DNA of 63,664 bases, the filler included, from Salisapilia sapeloensis CBS 127946 (taxonomy: Eukaryota; Protista; Oomycota): the NCBI GenBank assembly GCA_023334545.1. It is 12 parts of 12 records of this genome, joined end to end, with 100 filler letters (N's around TTAATTAATTAA, not from the genome) between each part and the next. Parts side by side here need not be neighbours in the genome. Positions count along the whole stretch, not along the records: positions 1 to 18,580 come from JAADVB010000320.1; 11 more parts are not named here. One strand, written 5' to 3'. Position 1 is the first letter of the stretch. Each line of letters starts with the position of its first letter. The notes beneath the pieces are model-generated. The model made no database searches. It saw nothing but the letters and a program-made list of their open reading frames with translations, and was not told the DNA's origin. This document shows positions 1 to 12,300 of the stretch, in pieces. A program made the translations under genes and the position numbers.

Positions 1-1
1 C

Positions 2-230
2 AGTCAGGAGGAAGCGATCTTTGAGAAGACTACAAGCCACGCCTGGTACTCGAAATGTGCACATTTGAAAAAACGCGCGAAAGACTTGGTGAGCTCTTCG
101 CTTTACTTGCGCTAGTGAGCCCTTTGCTATTCTTTCGGAACAGACACAGTACAGTGGTGGATGGAATAATTGGGCAACATTTTTGACTCGCACTGTACCT
201 GTCCCACCGAAATGGCGAAGAGCTCACTAG
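2..230 (+). CDS. 3' end of an unidentified gene (partial; exons <2-88 and 144-230)
   Basis: Open frame SQEEAIFEK...KRAKDL, then GTGAGC...CAG intron 89-143, then in-frame TQYSGGWNNWATFLTRTVPVPPKWRRAH-stop. Product not recognised. Confidence 0.35.
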
Positions 231-1038
231 CGCAAATAAATCGAATGCAACTTCAACCTGGAGGGTTTCGGAGGATACAGCACGATACGCTCGACACTCT
301 TCTATGCTAAAACATGACAGAGGAACGGACGATACACATAGATAAGACTGGAAAGGTAGATAGCGATGGAAGAGCAAGACGAGCCGCCAAAGCCTTAGAC
401 ATTGATTTCTAATACAATTCATCCATGTTTTTCATAATAACCGATTATCCGCTTAACGAATACGGAATGCTTGTTTTGGCGCCTGTCCACTACTGTCCGC
501 TGTATAGCTTGCCTTGCATACTTTTTTACGACCTGACAACTCTTCTGTGGTAACATCACCGGAATGTCCAAGCTGACTTAATCTAGACTTCAACATCACA
601 CTTCTCACCGGAACATGTTATTACCGCCACTAGCGTTGCAGCACCTACTACTACACGATTTATTGGTCCATGTCGCTTGATCAGCATGTCAGCATGCCAA
701 CGTGCACCTCCATCCTACTAGTGATACCTGTCAAATCTTCAAAGGTCGTACTTAAGGTACTGCTAATCCTCATGGTTACCATACCTCCAAAATCCCCATG
801 AACAATCGCAGCATTTCCAGCCTACATTTCCATCGACATATATCCTCGATAATCTTTCGACCTCCAACCACCCTCCGTCCGTCGCATACAAGTAAAATAA
901 ATCCATTCTTTTCTTCGCCTCAAATCGATTATTCGAGAATTTTTTGAAAATGTTCGAGAAGTTACTACTCTTTTTTTGTCCTCTGTCTATGGGATCTCAT
1001 TCGATAATTTAGCAAAGAGCGCCAAGGTAGATATTAGA

Positions 1039-2124
1039 ATGGGCAAAGACTACTACAAGATCCTCGGTGTCGCGAAAGACGCGGATGATGCTGCATTGAA
1101 GAAAGCGTATCGAAAATTAGCGATTAAGCATCATCCGGACAAGAACCCCGATAATCGGGAAGAAGCTCAAAAGAAGTTCCAAGAGGTCGGAGAAGCTTAT
1201 GAGGTGTTGTCGGACAAGCAGAAACGAGAGATTTACGACCAGTACGGTGAAGAAGGATTGAAAGGAATGCCAGCAGACGGAAGTCCGGATGGAGCTGCGG
1301 CAGGTGGTGCTGGAGGTATGCCTGGCGGATTCCCTGGTGGATTCCACTACTCTTCCAGTGGCGGTATGCCCGGTGGTTTCTCATTCCACTCGTCCGATCC
1401 GTCCAAGATCTTTGAACAGTTCTTTGGCACGAGCAATGCGTCGGAAGCGGAAGGCATGGACCCGTTCGCATCCATGTTCGGTGGCATGGGCGGCGGACGT
1501 CGTGGTCGCCGTGGCATGGGTGGTATGAATGGCATGGACGATATGTTCATGGGCGGTGGCATGGGTGGTGGCCGTCAGAAACCGGAGAAGCTGACCAAGT
1601 CGCTCGAGTGCACGTTAGAGCAGCTCTTCACGGGATGCACGAAGAAGATCAAGATCACACGTCGTGTCTTTGATCCGAACACTCAGCAGCTACAGGAAGA
1701 AGCCAAGGTACTTGAGATCAACGTGAAACCTGGCTGGAAGGACGGCACGAAGATTACGTGGGAAGGATACGGTGATCGATTGCCGGACCGACCGCCTCAA
1801 GACATTGTCTTCGTCGTGAAGGAGAAGCCACACGCCAAGTTTACGCGTCAAGGCGACAATTTAATCTACAAGGCTAAGATCAGTTTGAAGAATGCGCTTG
1901 TCGGACAAGGCAGTACGCTCACGATCAAGTCACTCGACGAGCGGGAGCTCCCGGTGAAGCTTAGTGGTATCGTCCAACCAGGAAGTCGTCAAGTGGTTCG
2001 TGGAGGTGGCATGCCGCTACAAAAGAATCCAAGTGCTCGTGGCGACTTGATCGTCGAGTTTAACGTCCAGTTCCCGACGTCCTTGACGGAAGCGCAGAAG
2101 AAGAGTCTCCAGGAGACATTGTAA
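1039..2124 (+). CDS. DNAJB: Hsp40/DnaJ class B co-chaperone (Sis1/DNAJB4-like)
   Basis: [12 protein letters not shown]-domain with HPD motif, G/F and G/M-rich linker, and C-terminal substrate-binding domain ([31 protein letters not shown]). No zinc finger. True start taken as ATG 1039. Confidence 0.95.
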   Translation: MGKDYYKILGVAKDADDAALKKAYRKLAIKHHPDKNPDNREEAQKKFQEVGEAYEVLSDKQKREIYDQYGEEGLKGMPADGSPDGAAAGGAGGMPGGFPGGFHYSSSGGMPGGFSFHSSDPSKIFEQFFGTSNASEAEGMDPFASMFGGMGGGRRGRRGMGGMNGMDDMFMGGGMGGGRQKPEKLTKSLECTLEQLFTGCTKKIKITRRVFDPNTQQLQEEAKVLEINVKPGWKDGTKITWEGYGDRLPDRPPQDIVFVVKEKPHAKFTRQGDNLIYKAKISLKNALVGQGSTLTIKSLDERELPVKLSGIVQPGSRQVVRGGGMPLQKNPSARGDLIVEFNVQFPTSLTEAQKKSLQETL

Positions 2125-2189
2125 GATATTTTCGTCCAAGCGTACGAACGAAAATATATTTAAGATTTCAAGTAAAAGAGATGGTGGCA

Positions 2190-3136
2190 TTACATTGTTC
2201 CGCGACGAACGTGCTGGTATTGGAGCATTTCGGGTACGAGTTTCTCGGCCGTGACACTTGATGGCCAGTTGAGCGCAGCATCGTCCTTGGTGGTCTTGGA
2301 TAAGTCCTTGGCTTTCTTCATCTGCTGGTCCTTGAGCTTCTGGATGAACGCGTGCATGCCTTGGAGAATCGCATCAGGGTCCGAGCCACAGTCCGAGCGG
2401 AGACGTTCGAGCTTGGACTGGATCTGATCGAACGTGACGAGGTTCTCCCTCGCCATCTTGCGCTCCAGTCGTTTCTTCTCTGACTGCATGCCAGCGAGCT
2501 GCTTTTGGAGCCGGTTCACGAGGAATTCTTGTTCCTGCTCCAATTCGTTCTCCAAATGCACCTTTTCATGGAGAATCTTGGCGAGCTGAGACTCCAACGC
2601 CGCTCGGACACTACTATCTTCATTCGAAAGTTCGAGGAGCAGCCTCTCCTAGAAGCATGTTAGATATAGATTTTGTATGTAAGTGGAATCAACAAACTTT
2701 TTCGGCCTTGGCTGTCTCGAGTTGCTTGTACAGTTTGTTGACAATGTACTCTTGCTCATGCTCGAGTTTATTCTCGAGCTCGACCTTTTCACTAGCAATG
2801 CGTCCATTAGTATATCCATCATGTATCATCATTCGAGAAGAAAGACTAGTCGTACGTTCGTAGTTGGTTGAGTTTCTTCTGGAGCGTATTGGTAAGTAGC
2901 TCTTCCTCGCGCTCCACTTCTTGTGCTAACTTTTCCTTTTCTTCCTTAAGAGTGTTTAAGCGTTTAATGAGGAAATTCGTAATGCGCTCTTCCTCGACTT
3001 CTGTCGACTCGCCCAGTTGGACGAGTGCTTCCTTGAGCTGCTTGACTTCAGACTCGAGTGCGTTCGTACGTTGCTTTTCCAATAGTAGCTGCTCCTTGAC
3101 GTCCATGTCCTCACATCTCTTGGGTGGCGACTGCAT
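2190..3136 (-). CDS. CCDC6: CCDC6-like coiled-coil protein, 3 exons (3136-2856, 2791-2698, 2648-2190)
   Basis: Repeated EEE.ITN.L.K.L / ELE.EQE.LVN.L.K motifs typical of CCDC6. Two GT-AG introns (64 and 49 nt) join the ORF fragments in frame. Confidence 0.8.
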
Positions 3137-3374
3137 CGTGCTCGGCTTACGGTAGAATACTGACGCGAGGATATAGTGGAAAAAGAGCCGATAATATGGA
3201 ACGAGTCGATGAAAGAGAAGAAACGTGGTACGTTTTTTAGACCACTTGGTGGCTAGGGAATGGCGTCGATTCGATCAAGTACGGTTGAAGTGACGCTTGA
3301 AGATCGCGAGGATACAGCTACCGAAATGACTCGAGGTAGAGGGATGGGAGCGAAACGGACGAATAGGAAAAGGC

Positions 3375-6300
3375 ATGGAGTCGAACAAGCGGGGGAGAGA
3401 ATTAGGATTGCCTGCTTTAAGTCAGAGTAATCAGCGCGATAGTGCGGAATCGACGGATCTACCTAGCTTTGACCATGTCGTTGTGAATGCTGGCGTGCCA
3501 TCTAGTGACTATTTTACATTCCGTCATGAGAATTGGGGAGAGATAGATGATCAAGATATTATACGTCCACCTCAACAAGTCTCTCGTCCTAAACGTCAGC
3601 GGACGTGGTATCCTCCTATTCGTGTGCCATTAGCACATCGAAAGCTAGTGCATATGGACTCGGTATTAGCGACACCGACGCGACCGAAAAGCGATTATAT
3701 TAGTCGCAAAAGCTTTCGTCGGCACACAATCGATACTGGCATCGTACCAACTGCTAGTAAAACCTCTCTTATAAGGCCAATTGTAGCAACAGCTCCAGAT
3801 GAGAACGAGTCGAGAGATCGATATAGAACAAACGTCATGGCTTTACGGCATCGTCATCCACGTACATATGATCAGCTTGTAGCTCGGTACAAGAATGTAC
3901 GTAACTTGTCCCCGGACAAACGCTTTCAAGGACGTGTTAAACAGACTTTGAGATCGAAAGAGACGTGTGAACCTTTATTCCGTGTAGAAGACGCGATACT
4001 GTTGTTTCTAGAGAAGAAGCACAAGCATCATGTATGTTACCTCCAATCCAATGACTTTCGAAAGCATATAAAGGCTAGACGAACAGAACGTCTATCATCT
4101 CCAGGAAAGAAACAGGAAGGAACGAAGTGTGATGATCGGATGATGCCGTACGATCTAGTCGAAGTTTCTGAACCTCCAGACCCAGGAAATGGGGATTATT
4201 ACATTCTGTCGGGAGCAGCATTAATGCATCATCCAAATAACGCAGTAAGAGAGATAGAAAAAGAGGAAGGAGAGGTTATACCGTTGGATGAGTGGATTTT
4301 AGAACGACAGGCGTTCACTCTCATACTTGCCGGTATTCCGCTCTTTCAAAAGTTTACTCTTCGACGATTATTTGTACAGTGGAAGGAGAATGTACAAGGC
4401 AGGCTGTATCATGAAAAGCTTGTGCATCTATCTCAAGTTCTACCATTCGCTCAAAAGCATCTCGTACAAGCACTTTTGACGTCTCTCGTTCACTTTCGAA
4501 GGATGCAAAGCGTCTACGTACTAGAGTTACCACTACGAACAGGACATGCTATATCGATGCAGGATGTCGTACAGAACTTTAAAATCTTACGCGGACGAGC
4601 AGATAGCGAGTTGTTAGATGCAAAAGAGTGTGCGTTAGTTGCGATAGAAGCAGTAGTCACGAAGCTGGAGAGTTATTTACACTCGGAGCCGATAGATGCC
4701 ATTGATAGTCTTTCTAGTCCTGTAGCTAAAGATTTGCACATCCTAGATGCCAAGTGGAAATCTCCTCCTCTATCTGCTATTCATTACATTCGAGACAGCT
4801 TACACACGAAGCAACAAGCTGCTCGACATGAATTAAAGCAAGTAGGCAATTGTCTTTGTTGGATGGCATACGTGTATGCTGGAAGCTTATATAAGATGGT
4901 ACTTGGTAACGTCCAACGCCTTGCGATGGATTTACAACGAGAGCGAAATGCTGGTTGCGTTAGTATAGCTGTACGCATGACAGACGATGGATGGAGTTTG
5001 ACACCAGCTTGTCATGAAGTCAAAGAGATGATACTCGAGGCCATCGCACAGTTCATTCGTCTAGCATCTAGCTTTCATTTCTCTCGGAATACAGTACAAT
5101 GGAGTGAAGGTCGAGGCAATGGAAAACTCGCATTCATCCTACGTCGTCATGCAGGACCTTGTGAGATTGCATTTAGCCTCGGACAAGTCCTACGAATCGA
5201 TCGTGACTTTGATATAGCGTCTAGTACTCTACTTGACTGTATTGAAACTGCTTTTGAACGTGGTCGTTCGGAAGTAGATATCCACGATACGTTCCGATCG
5301 ATATCGAAAGATGTTCATGACTCTGTCCGTCGTAGCTACAAGCGTCGATTAGCTCTCGAGCTGGCATTATTCGGAGGTAAGAACAGACCTAGTATTAACA
5401 GTAGCCAAGTCAAAAAGTACGAGAAGAGTTTATTGCAGTTAGAAGCTTCTTATCATACATGTGCCAAGCTGCAGTCAATGTGGAAAGCAGGTTTTCTAGA
5501 AGTCCAATGTCATGATCCAGTGGTTGAATTACAGAACGTTATTCATACAGAGCGACATGAACAAATATCTTCACTTGAGAAAGCGAGTGCGTTGAGTGTT
5601 CAAAAGTGTATTGAAAAGCTACAACGAGCCATCGGTATTTTAGATGAGCGTCCACAGGTGGCGGATTTATTCTGTAGGCAAGTAAAGGAGGCAAAGGTTT
5701 TGAAAGAAGATGATAAACGTATTCATAAAGAAGCCATGACACTAGAGAATGCGATCATAACATTAAAAAATTGTACAACAGCGAATATCGAGGAGAGTCA
5801 AGTACCGATGAACTTACTTCGTCGTCTGTATGCAAAGTACACGACAGCATTACGATCACAGCAAAAGTTTGAGGATAGTATGATGCCAGTGATTATTCAT
5901 CAAGTCTCAATTGCACTGCAGAAAAATGCTTCTACTTGCCATCAGCTTTATGCTTTATACGATGAACATCGTGATCTATCTACAGAGGACGAATTGGAGG
6001 AAAAGATAGGATTACTTCAAAGCTCAATTGACCAAGTAAGGGAAATAGCACTTGCGACGACTTTATACCAAGCGTATCAAGAGGTCATCCAGCATCAGCC
6101 AGTAGTCGTAGAAGCCTTGCAGGAGACAGTTGAGAGGTGGGAATACGCTGAAGAGGTGATTGAAAGCGTACAGGAATGGCGTCGTATGCTTCACACAATA
6201 CTGTTCTCCATCGTGTTTTATCATGACTGGGTCGGGCAGCTACAAGCTGTAGACGAGTTACTTCATAAGCTGGAGCGAGTACAAGAAAAAGGATCGGTAG

Positions 6301-9300
6301 AGAATAACAAACTTGCGTTTGGGCGTTGCTTACTGCAGAATGTTCAAAATAGTATGACAGCATGGCGAGGTCGTATGGAGCTTTTGCTTGCTGTAAACGA
6401 ATCGCGTCTAGACGTTCAGGAACTGAATCTGATTGCAGATATGCTTGACCTTTCCATCGTATGCAGTGAGACTACAAGAGCCGTGATGCTACCGGATGGC
6501 TCACCACTTCTTGTTCATCATCTAGAAGACAAGAGTTTCTGGCAATTTGCCCTTGAAATTCGTCAGATACTTGAGAAGAGTAAAGATGACAAAGTCATTA
6601 AGTATTGTGTGGACGAGATAAGTTTGCAATTGAAAGCTCCAGTGGCTTTCATTATCGAAAGCAGTGGCTGCTGCATGTTTAATGCCGAAGCAGCAACCCA
6701 GGCATGGAAGCACCTTCGAAAGTGTCAACAAAATATCACTTCTACGTGTTCATCGAAGCATTTGACAGAAGTAGTGGTAAAGTACTTGGATGAGGTACGC
6801 ATGTGTCAGAAACAACTTACAGAATGGATGAAGGTGGAAAGAGAATGGGAGAAGATGGCTCGAATATATTGTTCAGAAGATGTCGTTCAGTATCACGGTG
6901 GGAAACCTATCAAGTTCACAACACTCTCTAAGAATTGGCAGGAAGTCATCGGACAAGCAAATACTTCTACTAGCCTAGGACAATGCCTACTACAAGTGGT
7001 GCAGCCAAGCTTTCTTAAATATTGTCGCTCATCTTTAAATGAGTTGGCAAGTGCTTTGACTGGATATCTGGATAAATTACGACAAGAATGTTCTCGTTTT
7101 AATTTTATCAGTAACAACGACCTTATTCAGGTTCTTGGCCTTGTAAACGATCGAGAAGTATTTGTACAAGAAGGAGTACGTCGTTGCTTTCCTCAGATTA
7201 CTAAAGTCTTTCTCCAGAAAGAGGGTGGGGATTTGGATGATCTGAGGATTGTGGGAATTCAAGGACTTTTGTCTACATCGTCGTTAGAGATCACTCCAGT
7301 GTCTATTACGAGTTGCTTTGCTGGATGGATGAAAGAGCTTGATGAGCACATTCGAGATGCAATGCAAAAGCAATTTTCAAGTATGTTTGCTGCAACCATT
7401 ACTCCTCTCTACGAAGGACACTTTAGTTATGCTGAAGACAGTCTATCATCTGAAGAGGAAGTAGAATGGACGATAGCGCCATGCCAACTTTATGTCTTGG
7501 GTGTTCAAATACTACTAACGACAGAGCTGGAAGAATTTGCGAAAACATCATGTACATCGGAATGGGATAGATTCTGGCAGAGGTTTGGAAAGAAAATAGA
7601 CAACTTAAGCGAGATTCTCCGCTTATCCAGTTTGGATAAGACCACTAGATGTATCGCCCGATGCGTTCTAATTGCTCTTCTTAATCGCGAGCCAGCAATG
7701 CGGGAACTTCAGGAGCAATTGATGAAGAACGAAGGTGTATCAACGACAGCTCTATTTATCTCATCTTCGCTTATGCGCTTTCACTATTTTCATGAGAATC
7801 AGTCTTGTGCTATCTACCACGGGCTTCAGACCTACGACTATGGGTTTTCCTTCTTAGGTTCTATGCATCCGATTGCAACAGGCTCTACTTGTGACACTAG
7901 CATGGTTTCCATAAGCAACATGTTCGCAGTAGAAGTAGGTGTATTGGTATCTTCATCTGCTTTGAAGGGTAGTCGGATACGCGATAAAGAGCTAGTGTAT
8001 CACCTGGCAGCTACAGTTGGGATAGAGCCTATGCTTATTGATCTTGCTTATGATACATCATACCTCCATCGCATGGTTGATGGAGTTATCCAAACACAAT
8101 TTGTGTGGGGAATAATTGACAATCTAAAAGAAGCCTTCTATACCTCTGCAGCAGGGAAGCAACAACAATTTACAAGTGTCATGAGCATGCTTTATGATAA
8201 ATACAAAGAGCGACTTAGTAGTATGACGAGACCGTTGGGATCCTCCGATAAGCTTCACTCTTATACGAAGTTTATCGCTTTATATAACATGAAGACTGCA
8301 CAGAGCTGGAGCGATGAATGTCGTTGCCATTTAGAAGATAACTTTGCAGCGATAACTATCGAGGCGGTAGATCGAGCGCATATGCTTTGTACACTGGCTA
8401 CAGCAGAAGGATTAGTTGAGCAAGAAACAGCTATCGGACAGCTTTTAGACAGAGTTCTAGGTGATCTGGAGCAGGTTGTCGATTGCTCAATGGCTGTATC
8501 CTTGTTCGATCAATATTTCTTGGCATTCTTCATGCACAAGATTGCTCTTCAATTCGGATTATCCACAAACAAGTCTCTTGTATCATGTGTGCAGAACGTT
8601 ATTATCGACATTATATCTCCTTCGATGGATATGCATAGATTATCTTTTCTTTTCCACGCTACTCACGACAGCCTCGCTGAAAATGAAAGGGTACTTTCAC
8701 TTCCGACAGACAAGGTGCTTAGTCCGTTGCTTGAGCTGGGTCTTGATGCCGACAAAAAGGTCATAGACTTAGGTGTATGCAGACAAGACCATGATAGTGC
8801 AAATGTACAATCAAGTGTGGCTGACAGCAGAAGTGGAAGCTTACATGAGCTTTGCAATTTGGTACGAGCAAATCATTTCATTGCCACAGATACCTTTTTG
8901 CGGAGCTTGAGTCATTTAAAGACTGCTGTACAAAGCAATGATGTAGTCGTATTGGTCGGAGATGCTATGACAGGTAAATCGACAGCGATTAGTCTATTAC
9001 GTGATCTGTATACTTCAGAAGAAGCTACCTATCAAAACCCATCGATTCAGCTAATAAAAATGTATCCGGAAGCTTATTTACCGCAAGATCTATATGGTAG
9101 CTATAATGAAGACAACGATATTTGGATGGATGGACATTTTACTCGAATAATGCGTCAGGAGAAAAAGGAAGTAGACACAACACAACAAAATCTAACTTGT
9201 GCCTCGCAAAGCTTATCATCGCATTGGATTGTGCTATCTGGTGGCGATTGTGTTGCGGAAGTAATTGAGCGATTAGACAAACACATTTGTCAGCCGGTGA

Positions 9301-12300
9301 ATGCGAAGCATTGCCTCTCAATGTTACTGCCGAATAGTGACCATGTTAAAGACACAATTCATCAGTTAAAAGTGTTGTGTGAAGTAGACTCACTGGCAAA
9401 TTGGTCACCTGACGCCATTTGTCACACGAATATCGTTAGTTTTCATTCAGAAGAGTCTGTTTCATGTACTGCTTTAATAGGAAGCTGGAGATGTAGAGTC
9501 GAAGCCCAGTATAAAGATATCGATCATGCTCGGCAGTTTGTTCAGGAGACTATCGAATGTGTAGTAATGCACTTGGAGTCTCTTGTGGACTTCTACCAGC
9601 AAACCATGAAGATGAGTGAGCCTTGCCCACGCCTGTCTAATCGGCACTTGGTACATAACGTACTTGGTGTGCTGAGTACCTTGATAGCTGAGGTGGCAAG
9701 AGCATTGCTCCCAACTAGTGCAATTGACTTATGTACTGTTTCAATGGTCTTCATATTGGCTCTTACAATGTCATTGGGATCGATGGCTACTCAAACTGTC
9801 CGCGAAGCATTTCATTACAAATTGATGACAATATTTCCTATGCTTTTGGATGATCAAACTACTTTTCGACTCTTATCAAAGTCCGCTGTGAATGTGTTTG
9901 ATATCGGCTTTGACATGGTCGATGGACAGCTCGTACTTTACTCTTGGAAGGATCGTTTCCAGGACATGATATACTCATATAAATCCAATCCATCTTCAAG
10001 CCAAAATATTGCAGCACAAACCAATTCGAACGTTACCAGTCGACACGAATCGACCATTGAATCCACCCTGGAAGATTTATATCACACTCCCAATGTCTTC
10101 ATTCCAACAGGAGAGCTTTTGCAGACTGAAAGCAACTTGCGGTATTTTGCAAAATCAAATCTGCATGCCTTTATCTATGGCAAAGCTAGTACAGGTAAAA
10201 GTACGATTGTAAAGCATGCAATTCGACAGCTTCAGCGAGGGCATGAAATCGATGCACAAGTTGTACAGACTAACGCAAGTTTTGGTCACAAGTCACTTGC
10301 GACAGCACTTGATGGTCTTGGAGAGCATACAGCTAGCCGAAAGCGACACCCAGCTATGCCAGCTAAGTCGTGCCTTGTCTTGCTGGAAAATCTGAATTTA
10401 GAATCTGACGTGAGTACCTCAATACTTATTGAATCAACAAAGATACTCTGGCTTATTTTTAATTTTAATTCGATGCATGATAGAAACCCCGTGGAGAGAG
10501 AAAGACACAACCGTCATCTTCACTAGTTCAGCAGTTATGTGATACAAACGGGTTTTTCTCGACTTATACCAAAAGATTTGTAAAGCTAGCTAACTTTGCT
10601 GTTTGGATAACTCATACCACATCACCGACATTAACATCAGTGAACAACTACTCGCCTCGTCTCCTCCGTCATTTCCATTTCGTAAGAAACAAATTATTTT
10701 TTACATGCATGAAGTGTTTAATGATCACTGATATTGCTTATCCAGGTACGAATGTGTGGGGAAGGAGAAGCTATCAGCAATGTTTTACATGCCATTGTTA
10801 CAAGCCACTTGGTCGCAAAACATAGCTTGAAAAATGAAATGAAAGCACAGATAGAGCAAGTGTTCCAGTACCCTCGCCAAGTCTATGCAGCTCTGCAGCA
10901 TTATCCAGCACCGATGGGGTTCTCGACAAGCTCAAATCCTTCCTATCTGGTTCGAACGATGCAGCAGCTTGTACTTACATCTCCGAGCATATTGTTGAGT
11001 CGATTGGAGCTAGAGAAACTAACATTGTACACCACACTCCAGTCGTATGTATCATTGGTATCTTTAGAAGCTAGTCGTCAATTCTTCATTTCTGCGCTAA
11101 AGAAAGCTCACAATGCTTTGGGTTTTAAATCCAAACCGATGAAAATGGACCAGGCATCGAAAAGGTCGTCATATTTAATTCATGAAAACACCAAGACATT
11201 GCGCGAAATTGGCTATGAAAATGCTTCACATCACTTTAAGACTGGCCACGAGCATTTGTTGTGGAGTGAAAGTGGTCGAGGGATCAAAGGCGACAACGGT
11301 CCAGCTCTACATGCTTGTCCAAAATCTGTCGAGATCTTGATTTCTATGTTAAATGCATCATATACAGGATCAAGAAACTTTATACTACGTGGAGGATATG
11401 ATTGGGAACGTTTTGGAATGGCTCAAGTCTTTGCAGGTAGCCTAGGTCTCCGTTTTCAATCGGTTCGACCACAATCGAACATCCAACTTTTAATTGATCA
11501 AATTGACGCGATAAGGAGCGATAAGCAAATTAGCCCGCAACACAAGATACTATATATTGATCACGACGTGCTTTCACAAGAAGAACGCTTGGCAATCTTA
11601 AACTACTTGCAAATGGAGATGTTTCGACTGGCTTTTGAAGAGGCAATACCAAGTGAGGCATTAGGAAGCGTGTATGTCGTCCATTCCAGTGACTATGTCG
11701 ATGCCACCGCTGAAATCAAATCTTGCTGCCCGACTCTCTTCTACCAATCCAATATCATCAGCCTCAGTCGCTCCGAGTTAGAGGATAATGTCGCGATGCA
11801 TTTCGCATACAATAATTTCTTGTATTCTAACGAGAATATTCTTGAGGCAATTGAACGCCGAGGTACTTATCAAAGGTTTGGAAAGTTTCCACATCAGTTG
11901 GAGGAATGGCTAGTGCATATTCACAGTATCTGCAGTAAAAGACCATGGACGACAGAATCATATGATTCAACGAGTAGATATAGAGACTTTTATAAGCCAT
12001 CTTTTGAAGGATTCTTAGAGCGCATAAGCAAAGTATTTGCTTACCAGATGCATCAACGACAGAATCGGATACAGAAACTTGGCAAAGCTCTTTATCGTAT
12101 AGACGAGATGTCTGCTGAAATTACCACAGAGCTCGCTGAATTCCATGAAAAGGAGCAAGAGTATCAAGTTGCTGTTCAGAATGTAGTTAAGGCTGAAAGC
12201 ACTTTACACGAGCATGAGACCGCCGTATCAGAAGCGAGAGATGCATTCTTAAGAGACGATTCGATGCTTGGGCAGCTTCGGGAAAATATTAGCTATGAAA

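Noticed and set aside
1117-1562. Numerous short ORFs antisense or out of frame within DnaJ, dynein, HECT, the IQ-SH2 gene and others
   Set aside because: They are shadows of well-supported genes and have no independent motifs.
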